From Actinomycetales bacterium (GTDB lineage: Bacteria > Actinomycetota > Actinomycetes > Actinomycetales > CAVURS01): a DNA stretch of 20,000 nt. Made by a program: the position numbers and the translations under genes. The stretch lies in NCBI GenBank assembly GCA_045807245.1, contig JBJMHS010000011.1, positions 47,326-67,325 on the forward strand, written 5' to 3'. The notes beneath the pieces were generated by a model. That model saw nothing but the letters and a program-made list of their open reading frames with translations, was not told the DNA's origin and did not search any database. Shown one piece after another: positions 17,728 to 20,000 of the stretch; the first letter of the stretch is position 1; every line of letters begins with the position of its first letter.

Positions 17728-17820
17728 TCACTTTCTCCATCTCTTACGGCCTCCCGTAAGGACATAGGTGAGGCACATAGTTGCAACCACCAAGATCAGT
17801 AATAGAAGCCAGGGAGGCAT
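17728..17820 (-). CDS. Single-TM micropeptide, 30 aa: MPPWLLLLILVVATMCLTYVLTGGRKRWRK
   Basis: Hand translation; GAGGT SD 7 nt before ATG (alternative in-frame ATG at 17844); directly downstream of the RHS tip remnant. Confidence 0.7.
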   Translation of the reverse strand: MPPWLLLLILVVATMCLTYVLTGGRKRWRK

Positions 17821-17863
17821 CCTCGAGACCTCATTCTCAACCATCACATCCGACGATAATATC

Positions 17864-18250
17864 TTACGCTGCGTGAGCGTGAGTTCGAAGGCACACCCTC
17901 CCAGTGAGCCTACTCATGCAATTCGCCGCCGGCGCCCCGAGGACACAGTCGAAGCCTGCTGCTATGCCGACGGTCACTGCCTCAAGGGCGCCGAACACTC
18001 CGGCGATGATGCCCGCCGTGAGCGCCTCAGCTCAGCAGCCGCCCGCGAGGTCGCTCCCGTTGTGTCCAGTTGGCTCAGTAGAGGAGTCCGGAATGCCTCC
18101 GGCGCAGGTGCGGCCGTTCTTCGTCGTCGGCCGAGCGAACTGCCGGCCATGGGGTCTTTTTTGCGTCCATCGCTGCCCGGATGGGCGTGGTAGCGCGCGC
18201 CGAACTAGATCAGGCCGGTCTTGTCGACGTGGTCGGAGGCATACCCAAGG
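17864..18250 (-). pseudogene. Decayed RHS repeat-associated core plus hydrophobic C-terminal toxin tip
   Basis: Across two frames: LGYASDHVDKTGLI*FGARYH / PSGQRWTQK / DPMAGS / PTTKNGRTCAGGIPDSSTEPTG, matching the RHS core consensus (GY..G..D.TGL..FGARYYDP..GRWTQ.DP......N.Y.YA..NP....DPTG). The tip follows: HNGSDLAGGC*AEALTAGIIAGVFGALEAVTVGIAAGFDCVLGAPAANC. Internal stops at 18205-18207 and 18032-18034. Confidence 0.85.
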
Positions 18251-18338
18251 GAGGCGCCTCACCATCCGCGAACGACCAGCGGCATCCGGCTCGCAACAAC
18301 GAGGACCCTGACTGGCCAGGAGTGGGCACATCACGAGA

Positions 18339-18587
18339 CTACTTTTTGTCCAGCAGTCTACGCCTTTCGCGTCTACCGAAGATGACCGCCGCTACGGCCA
18401 TACAGAACGCGCCAATTGCGAACACCCCTAGACCTACAAATGCTGCGTCCTTACCGTTCACGCCAACTGCGGCGGCAACGATAGCAACCACAACTGCGAG
18501 GAAAAGGCTTATTGCGGTCGGGGCCAAGATCCTACGGGCAAAGTTAGAATAGTACTCACTGTCAAGAGATGGTCGATCGTTTGGCAT
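18339..18587 (-). CDS. Small 2-TM membrane protein, 82 aa (candidate immunity protein)
   Basis: Two TM helices and basic tail RRERRRLLDKK; its start is overlapped by the end of the upstream tip remnant; low GC. Confidence 0.75.
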   Translation of the reverse strand: MPNDRPSLDSEYYSNFARRILAPTAISLFLAVVVAIVAAAVGVNGKDAAFVGLGVFAIGAFCMAVAAVIFGRRERRRLLDKK

Positions 18588-18809
18588 TAGTAATACCCTT
18601 CTCGATGAGGAGGTAGTCCGCTCCCAACCCTGCCAGGATAAGCAGCGTTTCGGTCACTCCGCCTGCAGGCAGCCGAGGACGCCACCAAGGGTTCACGATG
18701 TCCCGATCACGGAGGGCCCAAGGCTGACACTCGTACCTTCGATCTCAAGAAGAGTCTTGGCCTGATCCACTTCTTCGTAGATATCGCCGATTATGTCTTT
18801 ACCGGGGTC
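18562..18809 (-). pseudogene. Probable second decayed RHS-type toxin tip
   Basis: DPGKDIIGDIYEEVDQAKTLLEIEGTSVSLGPSVIGTS*TLGGVLG, frameshift, then LPAGGVTETLLILAGLGADYLLIEKGITNAKRSTIS*; begins with a DP(x)G-like motif and overlaps the next gene's start. Confidence 0.5.
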
Positions 18810-19126
18810 GGACGCCCGTCGTCGTGCAGGTGTTCGAGGCGGCGACGTCCCTGCCACTCATACAGGGACAGCGAATCGAGCCGGACGACCGCGAGAACAC
18901 GATGAGGTAGGGGCAGCAGCCGCTCCCTGGCATGGCTGCCCCACGACATGACCTGGTCCACCGCTACACCAGCCGCGCCACCGCCACTTCCACCGATGGC
19001 CCCTGCTCCTAGGGCCGCGGCCAGCACGCCAGCTATGACTTCGGGGTTGTATGCCGTATAGGTCGCCACGGCCAGGACGTCTGCCCCGTCGGGCAACGCA
19101 CCCTTCAGCCGCGCCAGAGACGTCAT
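18791..19126 (-). CDS. Hypothetical protein with Gly/Ala-rich hydrophobic segment, 111 aa, possibly C-terminally truncated
   Basis: ATGA overlap with the upstream peptide; the 3' end runs into the tip remnant at about 18810. Confidence 0.55.
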   Translation of the reverse strand: MTSLARLKGALPDGADVLAVATYTAYNPEVIAGVLAAALGAGAIGGSGGGAAGVAVDQVMSWGSHARERLLPLPHRVLAVVRLDSLSLYEWQGRRRLEHLHDDGRPTPVKT

Positions 19127-19239
19127 AACGCAGCCATTGCTTCCAGTGAGGAGCCCAGGGCCACGAGGAGGAACGGCACGCCAACTACGACGCCCGTCGC
19201 GAGGCGGCGAGCCTCCTGAGGCGTGCGCTTCCGTCCCAT
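19123..19239 (-). CDS. Single-TM micropeptide, 38 aa: MGRKRTPQEARRLATGVVVGVPFLLVALGSSLEAMAAL
   Basis: Hand translation; TAGCCT -10 box 6 nt before ATG; stop overlaps the next start (ATGA). Confidence 0.55.
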   Translation of the reverse strand: MGRKRTPQEARRLATGVVVGVPFLLVALGSSLEAMAAL

Positions 19240-19318
19240 GGTGTGAGGCTAGGTCCGTAATGTCGAGAGCGCAGCCGGCGTCACATCGACATGTTCCGAC
19301 GCCCGGCGCACCTCGGCG

Positions 19319-19573
19319 CTAGCGGCCTTGGCGGTCCCCAGAACCCAGCCACTGTCTGTCGCGACGTCCTCGGCGCATGAAGATGACGATGACGCCAACC
19401 ACATAGACGAGAAGAACAGCCACGTACACCACGTGCAGCGCGGACGAGTGGGTTGATCGGACCAGAGGACCAAGCAGAAGTATGTAGAAGAAGACGGGAA
19501 CGATGATCAGGAAGCGTCGCAGGAAGAAATCTCTGGTGACCCGTTGGCCCAGTTCACGGTCCTCATCAATCAT
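19319..19573 (-). CDS. Small 2-TM membrane protein, 84 aa (candidate immunity protein)
   Basis: Two TM helices and basic tail RRGRRDR; TACCGT -10 box 6 nt before ATG. Confidence 0.75.
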   Translation of the reverse strand: MIDEDRELGQRVTRDFFLRRFLIIVPVFFYILLLGPLVRSTHSSALHVVYVAVLLVYVVGVIVIFMRRGRRDRQWLGSGDRQGR

Positions 19574-19813
19574 GGAGTCACGGTATGCGCGCAGCGCGCG
19601 ACTCGCGCGTTCGACAGATCACAGACCGCACTAGGAGATGCGCGACCACGAGCTGAAGACGTCCGATCTCGCGTCCATCAGTGGCACGAAAGAACAGTCG
19701 TCAGGACGGGATGCGCGCGCGGATCTCGGCCGGAGAGCGCGGACAGCGGCATGAGCGGACGATCAAGCGACCGCACCGCCAGCTGTCGTGGGTTGAGGCT
19801 CGAAACCTAGGCG

Positions 19814-19999
19814 TCAGAGCTGGACGATGCCATGAGTGTTCCCGTCCGGGTCCTTGAACCACGCCACCCGTTCGTCGCCCAACTCCGCGATCCCCTTCTC
19901 GTTCGTCTTGAGCCGATCAGTGTCGTAGTGCTCGAAGGTGACGCCGTTGGCGGTCAGTTCGTCCACAGTCTTCTCCACGTCCACGACCTCCCAGGCTGC
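19814..19999 (-). CDS. VOC/glyoxalase family protein, 3' part (partial)
   Basis: AAWEVVDVEKTVDELTANGVTFEHYD...VAWFKDPDGNTHGIVQL*; the WFKDPDGN motif is diagnostic. Confidence 0.9.
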   Translation of the reverse strand, partial: AAWEVVDVEKTVDELTANGVTFEHYDTDRLKTNEKGIAELGDERVAWFKDPDGNTHGIVQL

Positions 20000-20000
20000 G

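Larger units (their letters stand above)
9751..20000. mobile_element. tRNA-integrated element / genomic island (right boundary not seen)
   Basis: att fragment plus int, xis-like HTH and RepA-like ATPase, with lower-GC cargo; no second att copy or intact tRNA seen in the window. Confidence 0.7.

Noticed and set aside
18032..18334. 100-aa ORF as an intact gene
   Set aside because: It is one frame of the frameshifted RHS remnant rather than an independent protein.
17768..18552. + strand ORFs 17768-18193, 17904-18311 and 18181-18552
   Set aside because: Antisense to the RHS remnant and membrane genes; no signals or motifs.
13452..20000. Recognisable anti-phage defence system in the cargo
   Set aside because: No nuclease, ATPase, methylase, RT, TIR/SIR2 or similar motifs were recognised; a defence role for the small membrane proteins cannot be excluded but is unsupported.

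Overview
High-GC, actinobacterial-looking window in two parts. Left (1-9750): the 3' end of an FAD-binding dehydrogenase, several secreted proteins (LamG/ConA-like protein, a ~1300-aa Asp-box/BNR + DUF11 protein, a Thr/Cys-rich protein, an acidic low-complexity protein), a DUF3892 protein, small Cys-rich proteins and a STAS anti-anti-sigma factor. Three copies of an ECF-sigma-like motif TGTAACGC..CGTTG lie among these genes. At 9751-9790 is the 3' half of a tRNA (probably tRNA-Lys), the att site of an integrative element that runs rightwards, probably past the window end. The element carries an intact tyrosine integrase, a divergent excisionase-like HTH gene coupled to an AAA_25/RepA-like ATPase, short iteron-like repeats and cargo. 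The most interesting cargo (about 16400-19600, minus strand, lower GC) is a decayed RHS polymorphic-toxin 'orphan module' array. It contains frameshifted RHS-core and hydrophobic toxin-tip remnants interleaved with intact small membrane proteins, a lipoprotein and four 30-38 aa single-TM peptides absent from the ORF track. Two of these peptides share a Y-x-x-TGG-x-KRW motif. Several cassettes have their own leaderless-type promoter. The window ends in a partial VOC/glyoxalase gene. All family calls are by-eye motif recognition, not database hits.
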